Positions 31,242 through 40,493 of a stretch of DNA of 62,227 bases are shown in pieces (the stretch's first letter is position 1; each line of letters begins with the position of its first letter). This DNA comes from Syntrophorhabdales bacterium (GTDB taxonomy: Bacteria; Desulfobacterota; Syntrophorhabdia; Syntrophorhabdales; WCHB1-27), in NCBI GenBank assembly GCA_049521495.1, contig JBEKOT010000007.1:1-62227 (forward strand), given 5' to 3'. A program made the translations under genes and the position numbers. The notes under the pieces are model-generated. The model worked only from the letters and a program-made list of their open reading frames with translations, was not told where the DNA came from and made no database searches.

Positions 31242-33143
31242 ATGAAGAAGGTCGTCATAGGAACGGCGGGCCACATCGATCACGGGAAGACGGCGCTTAT
31301 AAAGGCCCTGACCGGCATCGATTGCGACAGGCTCAAGGAAGAGAAGGAGCGGGGCATCACGATAGAGCTCGGCTTTGCCTACTACCGCTTTGGAGACGAC
31401 GTTCTCGTGGGCATCGTTGACGTGCCCGGCCATGAGCGCTTCGTCAGACACATGGTGGCAGGGGCCTGGGGTATCGACATGGTGCTTTTCGTAGTGGCAG
31501 CGGACGAATCGATCATGCCCCAGACCAGGGAGCACATGGACATATGCGAGCTTCTGGGCGTAGAGAAAGGTATCATTGCGATCACCAAGAAAGACCTCGT
31601 CGACCCGGAGATGGTGGATCTCGTCGTTGAAGAGGTGAAAGAGCTGGTGAAAGGCAGGTTCCTGGACGGCGCCCCCATCATCCCCGTTTCGTCGACGACA
31701 GGAGAGAACATCGATGCCCTTAGGGAAGAGATAAGACGGAGGGCGACGGAGATAAACGAAAGATCTAAAGAGGGCATCTTCAGGCTTCCGGTGGATCGGG
31801 TTTTTACGATAAAGGGCTTCGGGACCATCGTCACGGGGACCTGCATTTCCGGCAGCATATACGCCGGGGAAGAAGCGGAGATCTACCCTTCGGGGAAGAG
31901 GGCCAGGATCAGGACGGTTCAAGCCTACCACGAAGACGTCAGGGAAGCAGGGGCAGGCCAGCGGGTTGCCCTCAACCTGCAGGGCGTAGAGAAGCAGGAG
32001 ATAGAGAGGGGTGCTATCATAGGGCGGCCCGATACACTGCTCCTCACGAGCCGTATCGACGCCACCCTGCGCTATCTTAAGCTCCCCTTCAAGCCCATCA
32101 AGAATAACAGCATACTCCGCTTTCACATTGCGACGGCCCAGGTGGAAGCGAGGCTCATCCTTCTTGACCGGAATGAGATAGAACCGGGGCAGGAAGCATT
32201 CGTCCAATTCTCGTTTTTCGAGCCCACCGTCGTCCTTCCCGGCGACCGTTACATCATGAGGGGCTCTTACGCAATACAGACCCTGGCGGGCGGCACGGTC
32301 CTCGATATCGCACCCGGCAGGCACAAGAGATTTTCGGGCGACCTTGGCGCCGTATATAGCCTCCTGCAGCGAGGGTCACAGCGACAAAATGCTGAGTACC
32401 ACGTTGGGAAGGGCCAGTACAGGGGCATAGCCAGGGACTACCTGGCAATGCTCCTAGGTGTAGGAAGGGACGGCCTGGACGCCCTAGTGGACGATCTGGC
32501 CCGTGAAAGGAAGGTGAAGGCCGTGGGGAAAACAGTCCTTCTGGAAGAACGCTTCGAAAGCTACAAGAAGTTGTTCGAAGGGCTGCTGAGCGAATTTCAC
32601 GCCAAGAACCCGCTTAAGATAGGCATTTCTAGGGAAGAGCTGAGGACGAGACTCCCTGAGACTGACCAGCAGGTCTTTCAAGCGGCGCTCGAGGAATTGG
32701 TGGGTGGCGGTGTCGCGGAGATCGAAAAGGATAGGGTTAGACTAAAGAACTCCGCGCAGGGGCCGGACCAGTCGGCCGAGAAGCTGGGAGCCGAGATCGT
32801 CAGGATTCTTGATGCGCGGGGACTCACGCCGCCCACCTGCGGCGAGATTGCGGAGGAGCTTAAGCTCCCCGAAGCCGGCGTGCGCGACCTCATGGGGAAA
32901 TTGGTCTACGAGGGGAAAGTCGTGAAGGTCAAGGGCGACATGTACTTCAGCGGAGCGCGCATCGATGAACTGAAGAGGACCGTCAGGGATCATCTTAGCC
33001 TGAAAAAAGAGATGTCCCCCGTGGACTTCAAAGCTGTTTTCGGCCTATCGAGAAAGTACATGATCCCCCTCCTCGAGTATCTTGACGACATCAAGCTAAC
33101 GATAAGGATGGGGGACAAGAGAGTGCTGAGGACGGGCGCCTGA
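31242..33143 (+). CDS. selB: Selenocysteine-specific translation elongation factor
   Basis: GTAGHIDHGKT, EEKERGITIELG, DVPGHERF, QTREH, C-terminal winged helices ending SRKYMIPLLEYLD. Confidence 0.97.
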   Translation: MKKVVIGTAGHIDHGKTALIKALTGIDCDRLKEEKERGITIELGFAYYRFGDDVLVGIVDVPGHERFVRHMVAGAWGIDMVLFVVAADESIMPQTREHMDICELLGVEKGIIAITKKDLVDPEMVDLVVEEVKELVKGRFLDGAPIIPVSSTTGENIDALREEIRRRATEINERSKEGIFRLPVDRVFTIKGFGTIVTGTCISGSIYAGEEAEIYPSGKRARIRTVQAYHEDVREAGAGQRVALNLQGVEKQEIERGAIIGRPDTLLLTSRIDATLRYLKLPFKPIKNNSILRFHIATAQVEARLILLDRNEIEPGQEAFVQFSFFEPTVVLPGDRYIMRGSYAIQTLAGGTVLDIAPGRHKRFSGDLGAVYSLLQRGSQRQNAEYHVGKGQYRGIARDYLAMLLGVGRDGLDALVDDLARERKVKAVGKTVLLEERFESYKKLFEGLLSEFHAKNPLKIGISREELRTRLPETDQQVFQAALEELVGGGVAEIEKDRVRLKNSAQGPDQSAEKLGAEIVRILDARGLTPPTCGEIAEELKLPEAGVRDLMGKLVYEGKVVKVKGDMYFSGARIDELKRTVRDHLSLKKEMSPVDFKAVFGLSRKYMIPLLEYLDDIKLTIRMGDKRVLRTGA

Positions 33144-33201
33144 GAGGACGGCGTTTGCAGACCTGTTGCCCGCCAATCAAGCTATTAAGGTCTACGCAGA
33201 A

Positions 33202-33825
33202 TCACGGTTCGCATAGTCTGCACGGCACATAGCCTATCCGTATCGGGTCGCCCCGGTCTCTGAAGATGATCCTGTTTTTCTCGGACACCTTGCCCGCGAG
33301 CGGACACGATGGCTTATGGAACGTATAGGTGCGCTTGTTTCCGACGTAGTAGGGTGTTGTACCCTTTTTCTCCTCTTGCCAGAGGCCGGCATACCTTGCG
33401 GCCGCCTCCCTCTCGTAGCGCAAGAATAAGTCGCCGTACCTTCCTTTGGGTTGAGAGGCATCGACCCTGGCGTAGCCAAGTCTGACCATCTCCCCGTTTA
33501 CGAACATATTCTTCACGTAGACATATGCGAGGAGACGCCCCTGCCCATCCCTTGCGGTCCCGTCGAAGTAGAGGCGCACCTTTTTCAGCAGCACGAGACT
33601 CTTGTTGAATCTTGCAGCCTCCCGCGAATAAAACTGGGGCCCCCCTTCGTTCTTCTTCAGATGAGGCGCATCGATCCCGATATAGCGAACTATGTCGCCG
33701 TTCTCGAGCACGATCGTATTGCCGTCGATTACCTTTGTGACGAGGAACTCCTTTTCACCTGCCCATCCTCGGGACGGAAGACAAAAGGCGAGAAGCACGA
33801 TCGCGCTGACCAAAAGCCCGTACAT
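33202..33825 (-). CDS. Thermonuclease (SNase-like) with C-terminal Ada-type Cys/His module
   Basis: Signal/TM segment, VIDGNT, VRYIGIDAP, GRLLAYVY, N..MVRLGYA; GNK....FH.P.C ... PC..C tail. Confidence 0.85.
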   Translation of the reverse strand: MYGLLVSAIVLLAFCLPSRGWAGEKEFLVTKVIDGNTIVLENGDIVRYIGIDAPHLKKNEGGPQFYSREAARFNKSLVLLKKVRLYFDGTARDGQGRLLAYVYVKNMFVNGEMVRLGYARVDASQPKGRYGDLFLRYEREAAARYAGLWQEEKKGTTPYYVGNKRTYTFHKPSCPLAGKVSEKNRIIFRDRGDPIRIGYVPCRLCEP

Positions 33826-34004
33826 TCCAAAGAGATTTTACACCATTTTCCGCCTGCAAATAAACAACTTCCATGGCCGTCGTCATTGAGCCTGGAGCCC
33901 CCGTCTCCGGATTCCCTTCCGCGGCAAGGGCTTTGGGGAGGGCCAGTTTACGAAAGTGATCGAAAGTTGACGGTTTCGAGCAGGCGCCAAACAGCCCCGG
34001 CCGC

Positions 34005-34033
34005 TTGAAAGGCCGCCGGTGTTGTGCTATCTT
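34005..34033 (+). promoter_or_regulatory. Sigma70 promoter with extended -10
   Basis: TTGAAA-17 nt-TATCTT preceded by TGc. Confidence 0.6.
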
Positions 34034-34056
34034 TTAGCCTGCGCGAAGGAGGGACG

Positions 34057-34188
34057 ATGCCGTCGAATACCAAGATCACCGAGACAAAGAGGAAGAGAAA
34101 GAAGACCAATCTCGGCAGGAAGAGAAAGAAGGTCCAGTCGAAACAGTCCACGCCCCCTTTTCCCATACACCCGGAAAAAAAGGCCTGA
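34057..34188 (+). CDS. 43-aa highly basic microprotein, below the ORF-track cutoff
   Basis: AAGGAGGG RBS; MPSNTKITETKRKRKKTNLGRKRKKVQSKQSTPPFPIHPEKKA*; own promoter. Confidence 0.75.
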   Translation: MPSNTKITETKRKRKKTNLGRKRKKVQSKQSTPPFPIHPEKKA

Positions 34189-34248
34189 TGCCGCGGCTTG
34201 CACCTTTCGTGTTCGCGGCGGGAGGTCCGTCAAGGCGGGACAAGCCCC

Positions 34249-35418
34249 ATGAAAGCGGATGAGGGGGAGAGGCGACTCCGGTACGAGATAGGGCCTATCA
34301 GACCGCCCAGCGAGGCCTATAGTCTGCTCATCCGCTTCACCAGGAACTGCCCTTGGAACAAGTGCGAATTCTGTCAGCTTTACAAGGGCAGGCGGTTTGA
34401 AAGAAGACCAGTCGCCGAGATAAAGGAAGACATCGACGCGGTTAAGGCGATACACGACAGGGTTACCGCCCTGTCGTGGAAAAGGGGAGAGGGAGGAAGG
34501 CTGTCGCCCGGCCTGCTCAAAGGGATATTCGCCGATCCCCGATATGACGATTTCTTCAGGACCGTGGCGCTTTGGATGTATTCCGGCTCTAAAAACGTCT
34601 TCATCCAGGACGCCAACTCGCTGGTCATGAAGAAGGATGATTTTGCCGAGGCCCTTACTTACCTACGGCGGGTTTTTCCTACGGTCGAGCGCGTGACCTC
34701 ATACGGCCGCTCCCAGACAATCGCACAGCTTTTCACTGCCGACGATTTGAAGCGCCTCAAGCAAGCGGGCTTGACGAGGCTTCACCTCGGTTTGGAGACC
34801 GGCGCCGATGCCCTGCTACGTTATATGCGCAAAGGGGTCACAAAGGCACAACACATAGCTGCCGGACAGCTCGTCAAAGAATCGGGCATAGAGCTGTCCG
34901 AGTACGTCATTGCCGGCCTGGGCGGAAAGCGGTGGTGGCAGGAACACGCGCTTGAGACGGCAGACGCCCTCAGTGGGATCGATCCTGATTTCATCCGCAT
35001 CAGGACCCTTAAGGTTACGCGAGGTATGCCGCTTTTCGAGAAGGTGGAGAGCGGCGATTTCGTATTGGAGAGCGACGAGGAGATCCTCGGAGAGCTGCGG
35101 CTCCTCATCGGCAGCCTCAACTGCACGGCCTCAACCGTGAAAAGCGACCACATCCTCAACCTGCTCGAGGAGGTGGACGGAAAATTACCCGAGGAAAAGG
35201 ACCGGATCCTGTCCGTAATCGACCGCTACTTCGAGCTGAACGAAGAGGAGCGGCTGGTCTTCCGCGTGGGGCGGAGGGCCGGCGTCTACCGGGGCACGGA
35301 CGGCCTCGCCGACAAGGCGACCTACGAACGCTTGAAAAAGGCGATCAGGCAGATGGAAGAGCAAGCGCCGGGGTCGGTCGAGCAGCACCTGTCTTTGCTC
35401 CTGGAACAGTATATCTGA
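34249..35418 (+). CDS. Radical SAM protein of unknown function
   Basis: IRPPSEA.SL, CPWNKCEFC (CX3CX2C), F.QDAN, GL.R.H.GLETG. Confidence 0.9.
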   Translation: MKADEGERRLRYEIGPIRPPSEAYSLLIRFTRNCPWNKCEFCQLYKGRRFERRPVAEIKEDIDAVKAIHDRVTALSWKRGEGGRLSPGLLKGIFADPRYDDFFRTVALWMYSGSKNVFIQDANSLVMKKDDFAEALTYLRRVFPTVERVTSYGRSQTIAQLFTADDLKRLKQAGLTRLHLGLETGADALLRYMRKGVTKAQHIAAGQLVKESGIELSEYVIAGLGGKRWWQEHALETADALSGIDPDFIRIRTLKVTRGMPLFEKVESGDFVLESDEEILGELRLLIGSLNCTASTVKSDHILNLLEEVDGKLPEEKDRILSVIDRYFELNEEERLVFRVGRRAGVYRGTDGLADKATYERLKKAIRQMEEQAPGSVEQHLSLLLEQYI

Positions 35419-35425
35419 GCCTGCC

Positions 35426-36831
35426 TCATGAGGGCAGAAGCCATTTACGTCTCGCGTACCGGCGATAAATGAGATAGCACTGGACGAACTGGGAAATGTT
35501 CATCGACCACCAGACCGAAGCGGCCCCGAATCCGAGTACTACGATAAAGAGATATGCCAAAGGTATCCTTACTACCCAGATGCTGAAGGCGACGCGGGCG
35601 AGGACGCTCCTCGTATCGCCGGCGCCCGAGAGCCCCCCGCCCAGGATCGCGCCGCAGGCCATGAAGGGCTCGCTGATCATGGCGATCTTGAGGTACCTGA
35701 CGCTCTCCCTGACGACTATAGGGTTCTGCGAGAGGAGGGAGGCGATACGCCGCGCGTTAAGTATGACGGCTGCGACCAGGAGCGCTACCATCAAAACCCC
35801 CGTGAGGGCGGTCGCCAGGCCGCTCCGGTAAGCCTCTTCCTCTTTCTTCTCTCCCAGTAAGTTGCCCACGATTACCGCGTTGGCCATGTTAAAGGCAAAG
35901 GCGGGCAGATAGACTGCCGATTCGATGCGGAGGCCGGCTGTGAGGGCCGCAAGGATCTCGACCTTGTTTTGGGGGAGGGCGCTGAGGATCAAAAAAGGAC
36001 GATGCTTCCGAGCTGCCAGAGGACCTGCAGCGCGCCCATGGGCCACCCTATGTCGATGATGCGCCTGACCGTTCTCTTCGAGTAAGTCAGGGCGCCGGTC
36101 ATCACCTTTCGCACTTTGGACAGGTTGATGAGGCTGCCCGCAAACGCGCTCAAGGCGGTTGCAAGGGCAATCCCTTTGAAGCTCAGGGGGGTATAGAAGA
36201 CGAAAAAAATGTTCAGGGTGATGTTGAGAGCGCAGACGACGGCCATCGTCCGCAAGGAGGTCGTGATCCTGCCGCACGATCTCAGAACCCCGTTGCAGTT
36301 CGTGAGGAGGTACTCGAAGAAAAGGCCGGCGGAGTATATGGTGACCAGGGGTATGCAGATGGGTTTGAGCTGGCTGGGGATATTGAGGAGCTTTATCAGC
36401 TCCGGGGTGAAAACGACGCCCACGAGAGCGAAGAGGACGCCGGCCGCCCCGGTTACGGCGAGGGAGGAGAAAATCGCAGCAGTCAGTTCGTCCTTGTCAC
36501 CGGAAGTATATAGGCGGGAGACGACGGATACGGTGCCGACCGTTAGGGCGTTGGCGACAACGACAAAAATGAAATAGAGCTGGATTACGAATCCGTAAGC
36601 AGCCTGTACATCCCTGCCCACTCTCCCCGCGACGTAAACGTCGGTCAAGCCGATGAGGAACTCGAAGAGCATGATCAGCGTCATCGGCCAAGCGATGCGC
36701 CAGCTCCTCAGGATCAGGGCGCCAGGCCCCGCGGCCCCCGGCCGCGGGTTCCATCCGTAAGTCCCCTTACCGCTCTGCCAGTCGTCTGTGGGCCCTCTAC
36801 GCGTGAAAAAGGGCAGGTGCAGGAGGGGCAT
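35426..36831 (-). pseudogene. MATE family efflux transporter, split by a frameshift
   Basis: N-half (W.IAWP, D...AG..G) stops at 35989 after CTT TTT TGA; C-half (GLRIES...PAFAF..A...VG..LG, GAGDT) continues in another frame; one T short in a T6 run at 35991-35996. Confidence 0.85.
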
Positions 36832-36839
36832 TGGCCCTT

Positions 36840-37652
36840 CTACTTTCTCTCGCCGCCTCGATAGACGGTCTTCGCGGCATAGCGGGGCAGGAAGAAGAAC
36901 TTGAGCGAGAGCCCGATGACGAGCATGGCGAAGCTGAGCACCTGCCCCATGGTGAACAGACCGAGGATATATCCCACCTGCACGTCAGGCTCCCTGAAGA
37001 ATTCGCAAAATATGCGAATCAGGGCATAGCATATCAAAAAGACCGCGAAGACATCGCCTTCGCGTTTCTTTCTGTCCCGGTACAGCCACAGGATAAGGAA
37101 GAGCAGCGGGCCTTCCAGCAAGGCTTCGTAGAGTTGCGAAGGGTGCCTTCCGACGTTGTCCCCGCCGGGGAAGACCATAGCCCAGGGGACTGTCGTCGGT
37201 TTTCCGTACAGCTCTCCGTTGATGAAATTTCCTATCCTCCCGAAGAACAACCCTATGGGCGCTGTAAGGATGATGAGGTCGGCCGTCTTCGGAAAAGGAA
37301 GTCCCTTTCTTTTCATCGCCCAGTAGCCCAGGATAAATGTGCCTACGGCGCCCCCATGGAAGGACATGCCGCCGTGCCAGAGCACGAAGATTTCGAGGGG
37401 ATGGGCGATGTAGAAGGGCAGATTGTAGAAGAGGATGTAGCCAAGGCGGGCGCCGGCGAGAAGCCCGAGCACCAGGTAGAAGTAGAGGTCGTCGATCTGT
37501 GCCTTCGTGACGCCCTTTCCGCTCCGCTTGATCTGATGAATCACAAGAAGATAGGACGCGCCGAAGCCCAATACATACATCATGCCGTACCAGCGGACGG
37601 CAAAGGGGCCTAATCTGAAAATCTCAGGGTGAATTTGAGGGTAGGGGATCAC
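36840..37652 (-). CDS. lgt: Prolipoprotein diacylglyceryl transferase
   Basis: VRWYG.MY, GARLGY, GGMSFHGG, GRIGNFINGEL.G, HPSQLYE. Confidence 0.97.
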   Translation of the reverse strand: MIPYPQIHPEIFRLGPFAVRWYGMMYVLGFGASYLLVIHQIKRSGKGVTKAQIDDLYFYLVLGLLAGARLGYILFYNLPFYIAHPLEIFVLWHGGMSFHGGAVGTFILGYWAMKRKGLPFPKTADLIILTAPIGLFFGRIGNFINGELYGKPTTVPWAMVFPGGDNVGRHPSQLYEALLEGPLLFLILWLYRDRKKREGDVFAVFLICYALIRIFCEFFREPDVQVGYILGLFTMGQVLSFAMLVIGLSLKFFFLPRYAAKTVYRGGERK

Positions 37653-38266
37653 AGGTTATTCACCTTGAGCAGTCTCCACAAGTCCCCTGCCTCCCTGAAG
37701 ACGAGACCGTTGATGCCCATTTCCCTGGCGAACTTCACGTACTCTTCAGTGTCGTCGATGTAAAGGATGTCTTCCCCCCTTACATCGAACTTCTCGAATA
37801 TGGCGTCGTATATGCGCTTCTTAGGCTTCTTCGCGCCTACCTCGAAGGAGAGTATCCATTCATCCATGAGGTGGACGATGGGATAGCGTTCGATGATGTG
37901 GGTGAAATGGAGCTCGTTCGTGTTGCTGAGAAGAAACAGGGGGAAGCCCCTGGCCTTGAGGTAAACGATTATCTCGTTCACTTCGAGGTTTTCGCGGAAA
38001 ATGTTGTTCCATATGTCCTTAAATTCATCAAAATCCAGGCCCAGCCGATAGCGGTCTCTCACATCGAGAAAAAACTGCAGAGACGAGGACTCACCCTCTT
38101 CGTAACCGTTGATGGAACCGCTGTAAAGATCGAAAAGATAACGGAAGATTTCGGCAGGTGAGCACGAATCCTTCATGTCGGACGCAGCGTAAAGCTTCTC
38201 GGCAATCTGAGTGTTGTCGAAGGGCAGGACAACGTTCCCGAGGTCAAACACAAAAAGCTTTATCAT
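37649..38266 (-). CDS. HAD-superfamily phosphatase (YihX-like)
   Basis: FVFDLGNV, LLSNTNELH, S.EVG.KKP, YIDD. Confidence 0.88.
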   Translation of the reverse strand: MIKLFVFDLGNVVLPFDNTQIAEKLYAASDMKDSCSPAEIFRYLFDLYSGSINGYEEGESSSLQFFLDVRDRYRLGLDFDEFKDIWNNIFRENLEVNEIIVYLKARGFPLFLLSNTNELHFTHIIERYPIVHLMDEWILSFEVGAKKPKKRIYDAIFEKFDVRGEDILYIDDTEEYVKFAREMGINGLVFREAGDLWRLLKVNNL

Positions 38267-38927
38267 GGATGAAGACCTTCCTGGGATGGAGCGGGCCATA
38301 CTCATCGAAGGGATCGCAGAGGTGTTGCCACCCGCATATATGGACTAGGCGGGCCGGCGTATTGAGCTTCAGGAGCTGCGCTATGGTGCCGCTCATGTGT
38401 CTGTCCCGGAGCCGCATCTCCTCGGTATAGGGGAAGGCATTTATGCCTTTCTCAAAGTAAAGCCGCGCCATCGCCCTTTGCGAGCCGATAGCGGACCGTC
38501 CCTGCGGCGAAAGAAACAAAGCCAGATTTTTCTTTGCTATGAGTTCCTCCATCCGGGAGAGGCGAAGAGAGGAGTGCTCGTCCAGGTCTATGGGAAAAAG
38601 AGGCACCCCGTGCTTTGCTGCGTAATCGCGGGGGGATGTGAACTCGAAGGGTAAGTCGATGTAAGAGAAAAGCCTTCCAAGGGCGTCATTATCGATTGCG
38701 AGCCCCTCGGCCCTCAGCTCCCCCACTGCAGCCCGCACCTTCTCTTTGAGCGCCTCGCCCTTCGATTGCCTGTAACGGAGTCCGTAGCGCGACAGCTCCA
38801 CGGTGATTGCGTCGGGCGCTGCCGACTCCAGCCAGTCTGAAAGGAGCCTCTTGCCCTCACCGTCCCCGTGGATGACGCCGAGCATGAAAAATCGGCTCCC
38901 TCCCCCTGTCGTGTATGCTTTTGCCAT
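38244..38927 (-). CDS. Hypothetical protein, TraB/TIKI-like metalloprotein pattern
   Basis: LGVIH, PDAITVELS, RDRHM, VHICGWQHL resemble the TraB G..H / .VEL / RD..M / vG..H signature. Confidence 0.5.
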   Translation of the reverse strand: MAKAYTTGGGSRFFMLGVIHGDGEGKRLLSDWLESAAPDAITVELSRYGLRYRQSKGEALKEKVRAAVGELRAEGLAIDNDALGRLFSYIDLPFEFTSPRDYAAKHGVPLFPIDLDEHSSLRLSRMEELIAKKNLALFLSPQGRSAIGSQRAMARLYFEKGINAFPYTEEMRLRDRHMSGTIAQLLKLNTPARLVHICGWQHLCDPFDEYGPLHPRKVFIHDKAFCV

Positions 38928-39186
38928 TCGAATTGCTAGAGTAGCATGACGGAAAAGGCCTGTCAAACAAGGGGTCTTAGGGCCTGGCCATTTCGACGCC
39001 TCACTTTGTCGCGCTGCTGCTCATGACGCTTCGACCTTTGCGACTTATGTTCCCCGGCTGTGGCGTGGGCCGCGAAGGCAGAGGACGTCGCATCGGGGAA
39101 ACGCCCCCATCGGACGCGAAAAGAGCCGGGCTCCTTTAAAAGGGCGCCTTGAAGAATAATATGCTTTACTTTCGTTGTCGACTTGT

Positions 39187-39195
39187 TGTTACAAT
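39187..39195 (+). promoter_or_regulatory. Extended -10 element
   Basis: TGtTACAAT upstream of the orphan ORF. Confidence 0.4.
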
Positions 39196-39262
39196 GAGAA
39201 TGGCGGACGGGCCCCGGCCGCGAAACGATCGATGGAAGGGCAGGAGGAGTGGTCTGCCCGGA

Positions 39263-39718
39263 ATGGTCATGGGAAGCGAGAAACGGCCTCATTTTGATAA
39301 CCTCACGGTTGAAGGCTGGTTTTGGGAGCTTGTTAGAAGAGATGGCCGATTCAGAAAGCGATTCGTGCAGATCGAGCAGGCTGTGCGGGCCTATACCGCC
39401 TCCCGTCTCAGCAAGGAAGAATATACCCGTTTGCTCAATAACTACCTCGCCCATCTCCGCCGCTACGGACTACGGGCGGTATCCCTTCCCGATTCGGAAG
39501 CATCGGCCTTCGGGCCTGATGCCTATCTTTTCCTGCCCTTGCCCGGAAAGGACAGAATAATCGCTGTGCCGAGGCCCGATCTGGCCTACTGCGATTTCGT
39601 AGACGGCTTTAAACCGGCTCCGATAGGGCCCGATAGGCCTGATGCGGGGTTGAACCGCTTAAGGATCAGGAAGCTCCTGGCCAAGTACGGCCTTCTCGAG
39701 AAAGAAAACATACCCTGA
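39263..39718 (+). CDS. Hypothetical protein with a DUF6499-like W.WE..RR motif
   Basis: GGAGGAG upstream; LTVEGWFWELVRRDGRFR; start uncertain (39263 or 39269). Confidence 0.6.
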   Translation: MVMGSEKRPHFDNLTVEGWFWELVRRDGRFRKRFVQIEQAVRAYTASRLSKEEYTRLLNNYLAHLRRYGLRAVSLPDSEASAFGPDAYLFLPLPGKDRIIAVPRPDLAYCDFVDGFKPAPIGPDRPDAGLNRLRIRKLLAKYGLLEKENIP

Positions 39719-40249
39719 AGGCCCGCCTGTTAAAAAACCGCAAAGAATCGAAAAGTCATATAGCCCGGTTGGATAATTGACGGGGTAGGCCCCGTCCAAG
39801 CATGGGCGGTGTCGCCCCGGTGTGCGTTGACGGGCATAAAAATCGGGCGATGGCAGGGGGCCAAAAAGACGGGCCGGCCCTTACAGCTGCCGTGAACGGC
39901 TCATTGCTGCCGGTCCGTTTTGGAGGCGCACGGGCATGTTATTTTCTGCATTTGCCGCAAACTAGTTCGGCGATTCCTTCCTCTCCCGGCAGACCGCCGG
40001 CAACGACGGTACGGAAGATGCAGGGGTAGGAGCGGCAGACACGCGCAGGCGGTCTTGAGGCGCCCGGCAATGGCCGAAAAATCTTTGCGCGAAAAGGACA
40101 AAGCGGAGGACGGTCCGCGGGCGGCCGTTCCGCTCCGACTGTCTGATAAATGAACACTGTTGGAGTCTTTCTTTACAATTTAGCTTTACGTGGCGGACGA
40201 AAAAAAGCGCCCGGGAGGAAAAAGAGATCGTGACATGGGGGCAGAAGGA

Positions 40250-40418
40250 ATGGAAATCACGGAAGTTCGCGTCCGTTTAACAGCTGAAGAGCACGTGATG
40301 GCATGCGAAGGTTATCGAGGCTTACAAGCAGGAGATCGAAAGGCCCGGGAAAGCGCAGGGGATGCAGCCGACGGGTAAGGCAGCTAGCCGGGGGTGCGGG
40401 AAAATCGCTGCCGCATGA
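40250..40418 (+). pseudogene. spoVG: SpoVG remnant with internal deletion
   Basis: MEITEVRVRL N-terminus; KVIEAYKQEIER C-terminus in the +1 frame from 40308; central beta-sheet codons absent. Confidence 0.7.
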
Positions 40419-40493
40419 GATTATTGGGAAAGCCGGCAGAAGGCGGACTGGCTTACTTGCCCTTGTAACGTTTTCCATTAAAGGGGGCTTTCC

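Noticed and set aside
39720-40240. Long non-coding gap as a possible riboswitch or ncRNA
   Set aside because: Only short hairpins (e.g. GACGGGGTAGGCCCCGTC); no known aptamer or coding signature I can support
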